This document shows positions 40,353-50,284 of a stretch of 64,000 nucleotides of DNA, piece by piece. Source of the DNA: an uncultured Gemmatimonadota bacterium (GTDB taxonomy: Bacteria > GCA-2686955); contig CAZBBK010000009.1 in assembly GCA_964490075.1 (NCBI GenBank), forward strand, positions 1 to 64,000, given 5' to 3'. The number at the start of each line of letters is the position of its first letter. Position 1 is the stretch's first letter. Made by a program: the position numbers and the translations under genes. The notes under the pieces were generated by a model. The model was not told where the DNA came from, searched no databases, and saw only the letters and a program-made list of their open reading frames with translations.

Positions 40353-42419
40353 ATGAGAATCACCGCACTCGTCGCCGCATTCCTCCTTCTATCTCCGCTC
40401 GCCCTGTCGCCGGCCGCCGCCGCCGACCAGGGATCGACTCGCGCGTCCGCCCATGCCAACAGAGCGCAGGGCCGCGTCTGCGGCAATCCCCTCCTTGGCG
40501 ACCACTACCGTGCCGCCGAGGCGGCCCATCCGGCGCGCCTCCCAGACGAGTACGATCCGAAGGTCGCGCTCACGGCCCGGCCCAAGAACCGCGTCGGCGA
40601 TCCGCGCGTCTTCTGGGCCTTCGACCTCTCGGTGATGCCGCCTTTATGGATCCAGGTCCCCGCCACCTGCCGCGGCGTCGGCCAGCACTGCTACGTGTTC
40701 GTGGCGGACGACCAGTGGAACCTCAACATGGACGCCGACGACGTGCAGGAGGTGCTCTACCGCTGGGATACCAGCACCCCCGGCACCCCCGACAAGGGCA
40801 TCTTCCAGGTCGACACCGAAGTCTTCGGTCCGCCGCCGGACGAGCTCGACGAGGACCCGCGCATCTACATCTTCTACTCGGAGCTCGGCAGCTACGGTCG
40901 CTCGGTGTTCGACGGCTACTTCGATCCGATGAACGAGCTCACCGAGGAGCAGGCGCAAATCTACGGCGGTCACTCCAACGAGGTCGAGATGTTCTACATG
41001 AGCTGCGAACCGGTCAATCCGGTCGCTCCCTCGACCCTCTCGGTGCTGGCGCACGAGTTCGAGCACATGATCCACTGGAACATGGATCAGAACGAGCTGC
41101 CCTGGGTGGACGAAGGTTGCGCCGAGTTGGCGATGCTCTTCTACGGCGTGCCCGATCCGATCAGCGGCTTCCCCAACAACCCCGACAACTCGCTGGTGGA
41201 GTGGGATCAAGAATGGTCCGACTACATCAAGAGCTATCTGTTCACACTCTACTTCTACGAGCAATTCGGGACGGAAGCCGCGATCAGCGCGCTGGTCGCC
41301 GAGCCTCTGAACTCCGTCAGCGGCTACGAGCAGACCTTGCTCGATCTCGGTTTCGATGTCGACTTCGACGATCTCTTCGTCGATTGGACGGTCGCCAACC
41401 TGCTGGACGATACCGAGCTGGGCGATGGTCGCTACGGTTATCAGTCCGAGTCGTTGCCGATCTTCTTCAGCTGGTGGAACGGCCCTTACCCGGTGGTGCA
41501 GAAGAGCGGCAGTGTCGAGCACTGGGCCTGCGACTATCAGCGTTTCGACGATCCGGCCGGCGTCCCGCGCGCGTACTACGTCGACGGCGCGGACGATGCC
41601 GTGTTCCGCTGCACGATGATCGTCAAGGGGGACGGCGTAGAGACCCTGGTGCGCGAGATACCCCTCCACGGAGACATGTTCGGAACCGACGTCGTAGCAA
41701 CGGAGATCGGCTACGACACCCCCTATATCGTCGTCAACAACTGCACCGACAGCGACACCAAGACCTACCTGCACGGCACCGATCTGGCGATCCCGGTCGC
41801 CGCCACCGCCTGGGACGGCGCCACTCCGGGGGCGGGAATCGACGCGGACGATTTCGTGTCGCTGGCCTTCTCTTACCAGTCGACCATGCCCGCCATCGAT
41901 GCGACATCGATCGATAGCGTGCTGGCGCTCTCCGGGGGCCACACCTGGCTCGATGGCGAGGGCGCGATAGGCGGGTCGCAGTGGAACGCCGCGGGTGACA
42001 CGTTGACCGTGTGGCTGAGCGTCGGCGGCGCTGCGCCGACCATCGCCGTCGCCGATACCATCGTGTCACTGGTCGACGACACCCGAGCCTCCGTGGTGCT
42101 CGGTGGCTCCTTCGAACAGACAGGAATCGAGGACCGGGCCAGCGCGCCGCCGCCGGTCGCCGTGGCAGCTCTGCGCTCCGCCCCCAACCCCTTCAATCCG
42201 CTCACTACTCTGTCGTTTACGCTGGCGGCGAAGGCGCGCGTGGCGCTCCACGTCTACGATCTCGGCGGGCGCCTGGTCGCGACACCCTTCGAAGGAAGCG
42301 CGGAGCGCGGCGAGCATGCCGTGCGCTGGGACGCCACCGGCCTGGCCAGTGGTGTCTATGTCGCCACCCTGGTGACACCGGCCGCTCGCTCGACGCGCCG
42401 TCTGTTGCTGCTCAAATAG
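40353..42419 (+). CDS. Secreted zinc metallopeptidase (M30/hyicolysin-like) with C-terminal FlgD-Ig/T9SS-like sorting domain
   Basis: Signal peptide, SNEVEMFY, AHEFEHMIH...WVDEG and C-terminal APNPFNPLTTLSF...VYDLGGRLV...ASGVY. Confidence 0.82.
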   Translation: MRITALVAAFLLLSPLALSPAAAADQGSTRASAHANRAQGRVCGNPLLGDHYRAAEAAHPARLPDEYDPKVALTARPKNRVGDPRVFWAFDLSVMPPLWIQVPATCRGVGQHCYVFVADDQWNLNMDADDVQEVLYRWDTSTPGTPDKGIFQVDTEVFGPPPDELDEDPRIYIFYSELGSYGRSVFDGYFDPMNELTEEQAQIYGGHSNEVEMFYMSCEPVNPVAPSTLSVLAHEFEHMIHWNMDQNELPWVDEGCAELAMLFYGVPDPISGFPNNPDNSLVEWDQEWSDYIKSYLFTLYFYEQFGTEAAISALVAEPLNSVSGYEQTLLDLGFDVDFDDLFVDWTVANLLDDTELGDGRYGYQSESLPIFFSWWNGPYPVVQKSGSVEHWACDYQRFDDPAGVPRAYYVDGADDAVFRCTMIVKGDGVETLVREIPLHGDMFGTDVVATEIGYDTPYIVVNNCTDSDTKTYLHGTDLAIPVAATAWDGATPGAGIDADDFVSLAFSYQSTMPAIDATSIDSVLALSGGHTWLDGEGAIGGSQWNAAGDTLTVWLSVGGAAPTIAVADTIVSLVDDTRASVVLGGSFEQTGIEDRASAPPPVAVAALRSAPNPFNPLTTLSFTLAAKARVALHVYDLGGRLVATPFEGSAERGEHAVRWDATGLASGVYVATLVTPAARSTRRLLLLK

Positions 42420-42426
42420 CAGCGAA

Positions 42427-44670
42427 ATGCGCATGGCGCTCCCCCCCGCTCTGGCACTGGCGCTGCTCCTGGCCGGCAACGCCTTCGCCGGAACCATCGC
42501 CGGCTACGTGACCGACGCCGACTCCGGCGAGCCGCTGGCATGGGCCAACGTGTTGCTGCCGGGAAGCGATCGTGGCACCACCACCAATGCCGCCGGTTAC
42601 TACGCCCTGCCGGATCTGCCCCCCGGACTTCAAACCCTGCGCTACACCTACATGGGCTACCGGCCGCTGCAGCGCAGGATCGGCGTGCGGGCTGGCCAGC
42701 GCCGAAGAGTCGACGTGGCGCTCGAAAGCCGGCCGATCGCCGTGACCGGGGCCCAGGTGGTCGCCGATCGCGAAGAGGAGGAGCGCGCCATCCAGACCGG
42801 CTTCGTGGCCCTCGAATCGCGACAGTTTCGCGAACTGCCGGCGACGGCGGAGACCGACATCTTGCGCGGCCTGCAGCTCCTGCCTGGCATCCAGGCGGCC
42901 AGCGACTTCTCCAGCGGCCTCTACGTGCGCGGCGGGGGGCCTGATCAGACTCTGGTTCTTCTCGACCAGATCCCACTCTACAACCCGGCCCACGCTTTCG
43001 GCTTCTTCTCGACCTTCAACGCCGACGCCATCCGCGACATGAGCTTGCACAAAGGGACCTATCCCGCCAACTACGGCGGCCGCCTCGGGGCGGTGCTCGA
43101 CGTCGCCAACCGCGACGGCAACCGCCACCATTTCGCCGCGCAGGGCGGAGTCAGCGTGATCGCCGCGCGCACCACCCTGGAGGGACCGGTGGGCGACGGA
43201 TCGTGGATGTTCTCGGGCCGGCGCACCTACCTCGATCCGGTGCTGGCCGCCATGCGTCGCTCTGGAATCGACGTGCCGGACTACTACTTCTACGACGTCA
43301 ACCTGAAGGTCAACCAGGACTTCGGGAACCGGGACAAGACCAGCGTCAGCGCCTACTTTGGCAACGACTTGCTCGACTTCGAGCTCACGGACGCGACTTC
43401 TTTTCTGCTCGAGTGGGGCAACCATGCGGCAACCACCAAGTGGACGCACATCTTCTCGCCGCGAGTATTCGGCAACTTCTTGGCGGCTTGGAGTCGCTAT
43501 CAAAGCGTTACCTCCTTCAACCTGGTAGAGACACCTCTGCTCTTCCGGAGCGTGATTTCCGATCTGTCGCTCAAATCCGATTTCGACTGCTATCTGTCGT
43601 CGGAGCACACTCTTAATCTCGGCGCCATCGCCAGCCGCTTCGACTTCGACTACCAGCAGTCGTTCAACAGAGAAAGCCAGCTCGACGTCTCCATCCGTCC
43701 CTTCGAGCTCGCTGCCTACGCCCAGGACGAGTGGCGCATCGACGCGCTCACTACCGCCCGAATCGGCCTGCGCGCTTCCTACTTCTCGGAAGGGGATCGC
43801 CTGCATGCCGAGCCCCGGATTTCTCTCAGCAGGGTGCTCGGCGAAACGACCCGAGCCAAGCTCTCGACCGGCACCTATCACCAGCATCTGCAGCTGATCG
43901 CGACCGAGGGGTTCAACGGCGGTGATGTCTGGATTCCGCTCGACGATACCGTGCAACCGGGCGCAGCCACACAGTTCGCGGCCGGTGTCGACTGGAACCC
44001 CTCCAACGAGTGGCAGATCACCGGCGACTGCTACTACAACACGCTGCGCAACCTGGTCACGGTCGACACCCGGGTTGCCAGCGACAGTGCCGACGAAGAC
44101 AACACCGCCGAAGAGATCTTCATCACCGATGGCACCGGAAGCGCGAAGGGGATCGAGCTCTTCGCCCAGAAACGCGGCGGCGCTCTGCGCGGCTGGATCG
44201 GCTACGCCCTGGGTTGGACTCGGCGCGAGTTCGCCGAGATCAACGAGGGCGAGCCCTTCCCGCTCAAGCACGATCGGCGCCACGATTTCTCGCTGGTCGC
44301 GACCTGGCGGCGCGACAGGTGGACCTTCGGCCTGACCCAGGTGTACGCAACAGGCCAGGCATTCACGCCGGCCTCGGCCCGCTACTCCATGCGTGCCCCG
44401 GCGATCGGCACTCTGCTGCCCGACGACCTGCTGCTGCCCGCCGCCAAGAACAGCGCCCGCCTCCTTCCCTATCACCGCTTGGACCTGAGCATCAAGCGCT
44501 CGATCAGCCTCTTCGATGTCGACTGGGAGCTCTACCTGCAAGTATTCAACGCTTACAACCGTCGCAACGAATGGTTCGTCCAGTACGACACCTCCGAAGA
44601 AGAGGTCGATCCGGAGGTGGTCAACATGCTGCCGATTCTGCCCACATTGGGCATCAACTTTGCATTCTGA
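42427..44670 (+). CDS. TonB-dependent outer-membrane receptor
   Basis: N-terminal carboxypeptidase-regulatory-like domain, plug LQLLPGI...VRGG...YGGRLGAVLD, barrel motifs YHRLD and NAYN, terminal Phe. Confidence 0.92.
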   Translation: MRMALPPALALALLLAGNAFAGTIAGYVTDADSGEPLAWANVLLPGSDRGTTTNAAGYYALPDLPPGLQTLRYTYMGYRPLQRRIGVRAGQRRRVDVALESRPIAVTGAQVVADREEEERAIQTGFVALESRQFRELPATAETDILRGLQLLPGIQAASDFSSGLYVRGGGPDQTLVLLDQIPLYNPAHAFGFFSTFNADAIRDMSLHKGTYPANYGGRLGAVLDVANRDGNRHHFAAQGGVSVIAARTTLEGPVGDGSWMFSGRRTYLDPVLAAMRRSGIDVPDYYFYDVNLKVNQDFGNRDKTSVSAYFGNDLLDFELTDATSFLLEWGNHAATTKWTHIFSPRVFGNFLAAWSRYQSVTSFNLVETPLLFRSVISDLSLKSDFDCYLSSEHTLNLGAIASRFDFDYQQSFNRESQLDVSIRPFELAAYAQDEWRIDALTTARIGLRASYFSEGDRLHAEPRISLSRVLGETTRAKLSTGTYHQHLQLIATEGFNGGDVWIPLDDTVQPGAATQFAAGVDWNPSNEWQITGDCYYNTLRNLVTVDTRVASDSADEDNTAEEIFITDGTGSAKGIELFAQKRGGALRGWIGYALGWTRREFAEINEGEPFPLKHDRRHDFSLVATWRRDRWTFGLTQVYATGQAFTPASARYSMRAPAIGTLLPDDLLLPAAKNSARLLPYHRLDLSIKRSISLFDVDWELYLQVFNAYNRRNEWFVQYDTSEEEVDPEVVNMLPILPTLGINFAF

Positions 44671-44687
44671 ATCGATCGAGGCCGACC

Positions 44688-45638
44688 ATGAACCGTGTTT
44701 CTTCGCTCGCCACGCTGCTCCTGGTGGCCGCGACGGCGTGCGACACTACGCGCGAGCCCGGCGAGCTGATCGCCCCCGGGCTCTCCGACCTCTTGGTGCT
44801 CGATGCGACCCTGATCGTCGATCGACCCTTGCCGGCCATTTTCGTCCGCCGCAGCATCGCGATCGACCAGCCCTACAGTCAGGCGGCGGCGGCCGTGACC
44901 GGCGCGACGGTAGAGATCGAGACACCCCAGGGCTCGGTCTTCTACAGCGACGATCCCGACTCCGCCGGGCGTTATCTGCCCCCGGCCGACTCCCCGATCG
45001 TGCGCGCGAGTACCCGCTATCGGCTGCGGGTCGACTCAGCGGATCGCCACGCAAGCGCCGAGACCGTGACCCCGGAGAAGATCGAGATCACAGAGGCCCT
45101 ACTTCTCGACGAGGTGACCCTCGAGCCCGTGCGCACCCTGCTGACCTTCGCGGCGGCCGGCTGGGAGGAGCTCTTCGGCGCCCCGGAGAATCAGATTCCC
45201 TACCTGGAAGGGCTGCCGGAGTTGCGCTTCGACCAGGTCGAGGTCCCGGCCTACCAGGTGGGCGTGCTGCCCCTCGACCCCGAGGCCGAGCCGGTCATCG
45301 ATCTGAGCTTCCTCGACGAGGAGACGCTCGAGGAGGTCTACGAGCAGGCGCGCTCCGGGGCCGAGTCACCGCCGATGATCATCGAGGACGGACGCCTCAA
45401 GATGCCCTGGTTCGCCATCGTCTTCGGCGGTCCGCACCTGGTGAAGCTCTTCGCGGTCGACGAGAACTGGTTCGACTACATCCGCTCCAACGGAGTCGAC
45501 ACCGACAATCGCTGGGGCGGCCTGGCCGGGGACGCCTTCGAACGCCCGATCTTCCACGTGGAAGGCGGCATCGGCCTCTTCGGATCGGCCTCGGTCGACT
45601 CCCTGGGGCTGGTGATCCTGCCGCTGGCGGGTTCCTGA
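44688..45638 (+). CDS. Lipoprotein, DUF4249-like partner of the TonB receptor
   Basis: Lipobox ATAC and C-terminal HVEGGIGLFGS. Directly downstream of the receptor. Confidence 0.75.
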   Translation: MNRVSSLATLLLVAATACDTTREPGELIAPGLSDLLVLDATLIVDRPLPAIFVRRSIAIDQPYSQAAAAVTGATVEIETPQGSVFYSDDPDSAGRYLPPADSPIVRASTRYRLRVDSADRHASAETVTPEKIEITEALLLDEVTLEPVRTLLTFAAAGWEELFGAPENQIPYLEGLPELRFDQVEVPAYQVGVLPLDPEAEPVIDLSFLDEETLEEVYEQARSGAESPPMIIEDGRLKMPWFAIVFGGPHLVKLFAVDENWFDYIRSNGVDTDNRWGGLAGDAFERPIFHVEGGIGLFGSASVDSLGLVILPLAGS

Positions 45639-46607
45639 CTACTTCGACGGACCGAATCCCTGCATCAGCGCCGACCCGAAGGCCAGGCCCATGATTCGGG
45701 TCATCACCAGGACGGTGATCTCTTGCTCGGTGGCCGGCGCCAAACCGGGCTCCGGCTTGTAGACGAAATCTGCATCCGAGAGCTTCGGCGACATCTCGTT
45801 GACGATCTTGAGCTTCAAAGTCCCCTCTTGGCCCATCTTGGCGTCGCCGTCGAGGCCGGCGAAGCGCCCCTTGGAATCGAAGCTGAGCGCGAAGCGGGCA
45901 TCGATCGGCTCTTCCGGATCACTGATCTTGATCCGCATGCCGCTGGGCAGATCGCCCGTGTAGTCGAGCGCTACATCGGCGCGCTGCGTGCCGCCGTCGA
46001 CGAAGGCGTTCAGCTTCCAGGGCATGGCGCTCTTCTGTAGCACGTAGAGATCGAAGCGCTCCACGCCCGCGGCTTCGGCGGGATCGACCGGTCGCAGGTC
46101 GAGCTTCCAGGCCTTGCCGCTGGGGGCGCCCGATACCTCGCTCACCGATTCGACGCGCACCGCGCTGAGCATCTCGAGCAGAGTCTTCTCCAGGTCCTTG
46201 TGCTGCCCGCCGGAGCTCTCGGTCACGCCCAGCTGCTCGGCCGGCTCGCCCTGGTAGTAGCGCGCATCGCCGGTCGCCTCGAAGATCCACTGCCTGTTGT
46301 TGGTGCGCACCCGATAGCTGCCGACCGTGCTGGTGAGATCGGCGGCCAGGTCGGCCGGCGGACGGCTCTTGTAGGTCGCCGAAACCTGGATCGGGACCGG
46401 GCCCAGCGATTCGGAGACCAGAGTGGCTTCGAACGATCCCGCCATCGAGACCGGAACAGACTTCTCCGCCGTCCCCATGGTGGCGACCAGGGCTCGGACC
46501 ATCTCTTGGAGAATCGCCTCGCCGCTCTTGGCCTCTGCCGCGGGGGCCAGCAGGACCAGGCTGGAGAGGATCGGCAGCAGGCGATGCGGCGCGCTGACGA
46601 AGGACAT
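45639..46607 (-). CDS. Exported LolA-like fold protein
   Basis: Signal peptide, beta-rich body, AWKLDLRP and LSDADFVYKP ending typical of LolA-like proteins. Confidence 0.55.
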   Translation of the reverse strand: MSFVSAPHRLLPILSSLVLLAPAAEAKSGEAILQEMVRALVATMGTAEKSVPVSMAGSFEATLVSESLGPVPIQVSATYKSRPPADLAADLTSTVGSYRVRTNNRQWIFEATGDARYYQGEPAEQLGVTESSGGQHKDLEKTLLEMLSAVRVESVSEVSGAPSGKAWKLDLRPVDPAEAAGVERFDLYVLQKSAMPWKLNAFVDGGTQRADVALDYTGDLPSGMRIKISDPEEPIDARFALSFDSKGRFAGLDGDAKMGQEGTLKLKIVNEMSPKLSDADFVYKPEPGLAPATEQEITVLVMTRIMGLAFGSALMQGFGPSK

Positions 46608-46686
46608 CTTGGGACTCCAGGCAGGGGGTTCGCGAGGCCCACAAGGTACACCAGCGGGCCCGCGCACGCGGTCGATATTCGGCGGG

Positions 46687-48096
46687 CTACTGTCGATCGA
46701 GCCAGACATCGAGCTGGCTCCAGCCCGAGCTCACCGCCACCGAATGGGTAGCCGGCAGGTGGTCGGGCGCCGTGAAGGTCAGGGTGTAGGTGCCCGGCGG
46801 CAGCACCACGTGGTAGCTGCCGTGCCGGGAGTCGGCTCCGATCCGCTCGCCCTCGACGAAACCGATCTCGGCGATCTCGATCTCGGCACCGAGCGGGGTG
46901 TCGTCGCCGCCGTCGCGCACCCGGCCGAGCACGCCGGGGGCGCGGCCGATGCGCTCCAGGACCGCGCGCCAGGCCGGACGCACGTGCTCCTCGATCTCAC
47001 TGAGGGTCTCGTGGTACGGCGGCTGGAAGCCGGCGCCGATCTCGATCAGGTAGGCCATGCTGTTGTGGCTGTTGTAGTGCCACTCGAAATCCTCGCCCGA
47101 CGCCGAGGCCAGGCGCCAGTCGTAGTCGGCCACGCCGGCGTAGAAATTGCGGCCGGCCCACACTTTCTTCGACTCGGCCAGGGTCGCGCAGCGATAGGGG
47201 TAGAGCACTTCGCGGCCGTAGGAGTGGTAGCTGATCACCACCACCGGTCGTTCCCGCTCGGCCAACGCCATCATCGCCTGCACCTCCGGCTCCGAGCCTG
47301 GGCTCGGACCGCGGTAGACATCGGACTCAGGCATCGCCGACACGTTGCCGCACGCGCCCCACAGGAAGGGGTAGTTGCGATTCAGGTCGACGCCGTAGAC
47401 CCCACCGCCGTTGTCGCGCCGGTTCTTGCGCCAGTAGGCGTTGACCTGCCAGACATGCTCCAGCCCGTCGGGGTTGACCACCGGCACGATCCAGATCTGG
47501 TAGTCGTCGACCCAGTCGCGCACCTGCCGATCGCCGTCATAGCGCGCCAGCAGCTCCTCGGCGGTGTCGAAGGCTGCCTCGATGGTGTTCAGCTCGCGAG
47601 CGTGGTGCAGCGCGATGAAGAGCAGGGCCGGCTCGTCCTCTTCCTCGTCGACCCGGTCGGAGATCTTCAGGGCGAGCAGGTGCCGCCCCTCGGCGGTGGG
47701 TGGAATCGACAGGTCGTCCATCAAGTCGACCACCCGGGCCAGATCGGGACGCGCCGCCTCGAGCGCGACCAGGTCGGCCTGCACCTCGGCCCAGGTGCGG
47801 TAGCCGTCGTCGATCGCCATGGCATCGCCGGGCACGGCTCGGTCGCGGAAAGCTCCGCCCACCCCCAACAACTCGGCGCTCCGCCCCTCCGCGCGCAGGC
47901 AGTCCAACTCCGCCGCGTCTACGATCAGCCCGACGCCCCCCTCTCGGCTGCCCGCCACATCGAAGCCCGCCGCCTCGAAGGCAGCACGATCGGCGCCGGG
48001 ATCGAGGCTCTCGACCTCGATCCAGAGGGACTGCGCGAGCGCCGCGCCGGCCATGAGCGGCGCACTGATGGCGAAGAACGTCCTCTGGAAGCGCAT
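46687..48096 (-). CDS. Secreted M14 zinc carboxypeptidase with C-terminal regulatory-like domain
   Basis: HHARE, VNPDG, WRKNRR, GVDLNRNY, SEPE and ISYHSY. Confidence 0.92.
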   Translation of the reverse strand: MRFQRTFFAISAPLMAGAALAQSLWIEVESLDPGADRAAFEAAGFDVAGSREGGVGLIVDAAELDCLRAEGRSAELLGVGGAFRDRAVPGDAMAIDDGYRTWAEVQADLVALEAARPDLARVVDLMDDLSIPPTAEGRHLLALKISDRVDEEEDEPALLFIALHHARELNTIEAAFDTAEELLARYDGDRQVRDWVDDYQIWIVPVVNPDGLEHVWQVNAYWRKNRRDNGGGVYGVDLNRNYPFLWGACGNVSAMPESDVYRGPSPGSEPEVQAMMALAERERPVVVISYHSYGREVLYPYRCATLAESKKVWAGRNFYAGVADYDWRLASASGEDFEWHYNSHNSMAYLIEIGAGFQPPYHETLSEIEEHVRPAWRAVLERIGRAPGVLGRVRDGGDDTPLGAEIEIAEIGFVEGERIGADSRHGSYHVVLPPGTYTLTFTAPDHLPATHSVAVSSGWSQLDVWLDRQ

Positions 48097-48144
48097 GGGA
48101 TGTCCTGGGTGTTACGAACGGGCTCCTACCCAGGATAAAACGGC

Positions 48145-48178
48145 TCGCGGGCGCCGATCGGTCGATCGACGCCCGCGA
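48145..48178 (-). terminator. Candidate intrinsic terminator after the porin gene
   Basis: GC-rich stem TCGCGGGCG(C/T)CGATCG with one G-U pair on the minus strand, followed by GCCGTTTTAT. Confidence 0.45.
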
Positions 48179-48207
48179 TTTGGGCACTGGGGTGGGGCGG
48201 GAGCTCT

Positions 48208-49437
48208 CTAGAAGGTGCGCGTCACCCAGGCCCAGAACTTGGTGGTGTTGTTGTCGGGCGCGTACTCGTCGACGCTGAACGATGCGAACTTGGCGCCGAA
48301 GGCGTGGTGGGCGTCGCACTTGTAGGCCACCACGGCGTCGATCTCGGTGCCGTAGTGGGCGCTGCCCTCGACCGCCGCGAAGTCGTGGAAGAGAGCCTTG
48401 AACGAGAGCCCATCGACCGCCGCGATCTTGCCGCCGGCCGCCACGTAGAGATCGTTCAGACCGGTGGCCGGAGTCGCCAGGAAGCGATCGGCCCAGCCGT
48501 TGAAGGCGTGGTTGGTGCCGGTGAAGGTGCGGAGGGAGCGGAATCCACCATCGCCGTCCGGCTCGGAGCCCTGGCTCTCGTAGCCGCCCTTGAGCCAGTA
48601 GTCGCCGAAGCCGGCGCCGGCCACCACGTGGAAGTAGCTCACGCCCAGCTCGTCGGTGTCGCCGAACGCGGTCTGGGTGGCGAACTCGGCCTCGTAGATC
48701 GCCTTCAAATCGTCCGAGAGCTTGCGGGTTCCGGCCAGACGGCCACCGTAGGTCGCCTGGTCGCGGAGACCGGAGCTGACCGCGTAGTCGAACATGTAGG
48801 CGTAGCCGGTGAGCTTGCCGATGTCGGCGATCTGGTAGCCCGCGTTGATCGCCACGCCCATGTCGACGAGCAGATTGGCGCCGCTGATCGCGTTGGCGTT
48901 CCAGATGTAGGAGCCGATCAGGGTCAGGTTTTCGACCGCGCTGTTGACCACCGTGGCCGCGTCGTAGGTCATCTCGTTCAGGCGCCAGCCAACGTTGCCG
49001 ATGTGCCGGGCGTTGTCGAGGATGATGCGCTGGCGGCCGACCAGGAACTTGGTCTTGGGCAGCGCGTCGCCCTCGTAGCCGACGTACATCTGGTTGATCT
49101 CTGAGCCCTCGGGATCGAGCACGACCGGGTACTCGGTCTTTCCGTTGGTGTTGCTGTCGAACTTCGCGTCTCCGAGCGGCGCCACGGTCTCGGTCTCGAA
49201 GTAGCAATACAGACCTTCGTGAGAAGGCGTGCGGTAGCCGAGCAGAATGTCGGCGTTCAGAGCGTTGGCGACCTCGTCGCCCTCACGATCCACGTACTCG
49301 TAGCGGAAGGTCGTCTTGAAGGTGACCTTGCCTTTGTCAGCGGCCTGGGCCGCCCCGGCGGCCAGGCACAGAAGCGCCGCCGGCGCAATGACCAGACGGC
49401 GGACGTCGATAGCGGTAGACATATTTCGGTTCTCCAC
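48208..49437 (-). CDS. Alginate-export-family outer-membrane porin
   Basis: Signal peptide, RYEYVD, GRQRIILDNARHIGNVGWR, HAFNGWADRF, YGTEID and terminal Phe. Confidence 0.85.
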   Translation of the reverse strand: MENRNMSTAIDVRRLVIAPAALLCLAAGAAQAADKGKVTFKTTFRYEYVDREGDEVANALNADILLGYRTPSHEGLYCYFETETVAPLGDAKFDSNTNGKTEYPVVLDPEGSEINQMYVGYEGDALPKTKFLVGRQRIILDNARHIGNVGWRLNEMTYDAATVVNSAVENLTLIGSYIWNANAISGANLLVDMGVAINAGYQIADIGKLTGYAYMFDYAVSSGLRDQATYGGRLAGTRKLSDDLKAIYEAEFATQTAFGDTDELGVSYFHVVAGAGFGDYWLKGGYESQGSEPDGDGGFRSLRTFTGTNHAFNGWADRFLATPATGLNDLYVAAGGKIAAVDGLSFKALFHDFAAVEGSAHYGTEIDAVVAYKCDAHHAFGAKFASFSVDEYAPDNNTTKFWAWVTRTF

Positions 49438-49727
49438 TGGCCCGCGCTGGCGGGCGCCGATTAGCCCCTTCGAAATCGGGGCGGGAGCCAGACGACTCGG
49501 CCACGGCGGCGGGAGGACGCCGGCCGGCGCTGCCCCCGGACAGCGCGGCGATGGCTCATCTCGAACTCGACCGCCAAGGGCGCACGATACACACGGAGCC
49601 GAGCGCTGTCATCGCCTATTTCATGGCGACCGAATAGATCCGCCGTCGGCGGGCGATCAGTCGCGGGCGGCGTCGGGGTGCCACGTGTATGCTCGCTCGA
49701 TCGTCTCCAAACCCCGTGGATCGAACT

Positions 49728-50225
49728 ATGACCAAGAACTGGCTCCGTTTCGGATCGGTCTTCCTGCCCGCTCTGGCGGCCGACCTGCTCACCAAGCAAT
49801 GGGCGCTGGCGCAGCTCGAGCCGGGTCGCACGATCCGTCCCCTCGGCGCCCTCCTGCCGCTCACCCTGAGCTTCAATCGCGGCGCGGCATTCAGCCTGAG
49901 CCTCGGCGGCCATTCGCGTCTGCTCTTCACACTCTTCTCCATCGCGGCCTGCGTCTGGCTACTCGTCTACCAGCGCCAGACTCCGCCCGGCGCGCGCTTG
50001 CGATCGATCGCCCTGCCCTTGATCGTGGCCGGCGCCTGCGGCAACCTGGTCGATCGCCTGCGCTGGGATCGCGGAGTGATCGACTTCCTGGGGCCCTACG
50101 ATCTCGGCTTCATGGACTGGCCGATCTTCAACGTGGCCGATATCTGGATCACTTGCGGCGCCGCGGCGCTGGCGCTGGGATTGTGGCTGGAGGAGCGGCG
50201 CGGGCAGGCCGAGCGGGCGCGGTAG
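49728..50225 (+). CDS. lspA: Lipoprotein signal peptidase II
   Basis: DLLTK, NRGAAFS, GACGNLVDR, VIDF and WPIFNVAD. Confidence 0.93.
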   Translation: MTKNWLRFGSVFLPALAADLLTKQWALAQLEPGRTIRPLGALLPLTLSFNRGAAFSLSLGGHSRLLFTLFSIAACVWLLVYQRQTPPGARLRSIALPLIVAGACGNLVDRLRWDRGVIDFLGPYDLGFMDWPIFNVADIWITCGAAALALGLWLEERRGQAERAR

Positions 50226-50284
50226 CTGCTATCGTTGGGGCGACGGCGAACCCCCCGAACACTCCAGTGCGGAGGCGAGACGCG

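Noticed and set aside
48208-49437. Alginate biosynthesis locus
   Set aside because: This is a stand-alone porin of the family with no polysaccharide synthesis genes nearby.
49606-49624. Pho box upstream of the porin
   Set aside because: The TGTCAT/TTTCAT half-sites are 12 bp apart rather than 11, and the second is a poor match.
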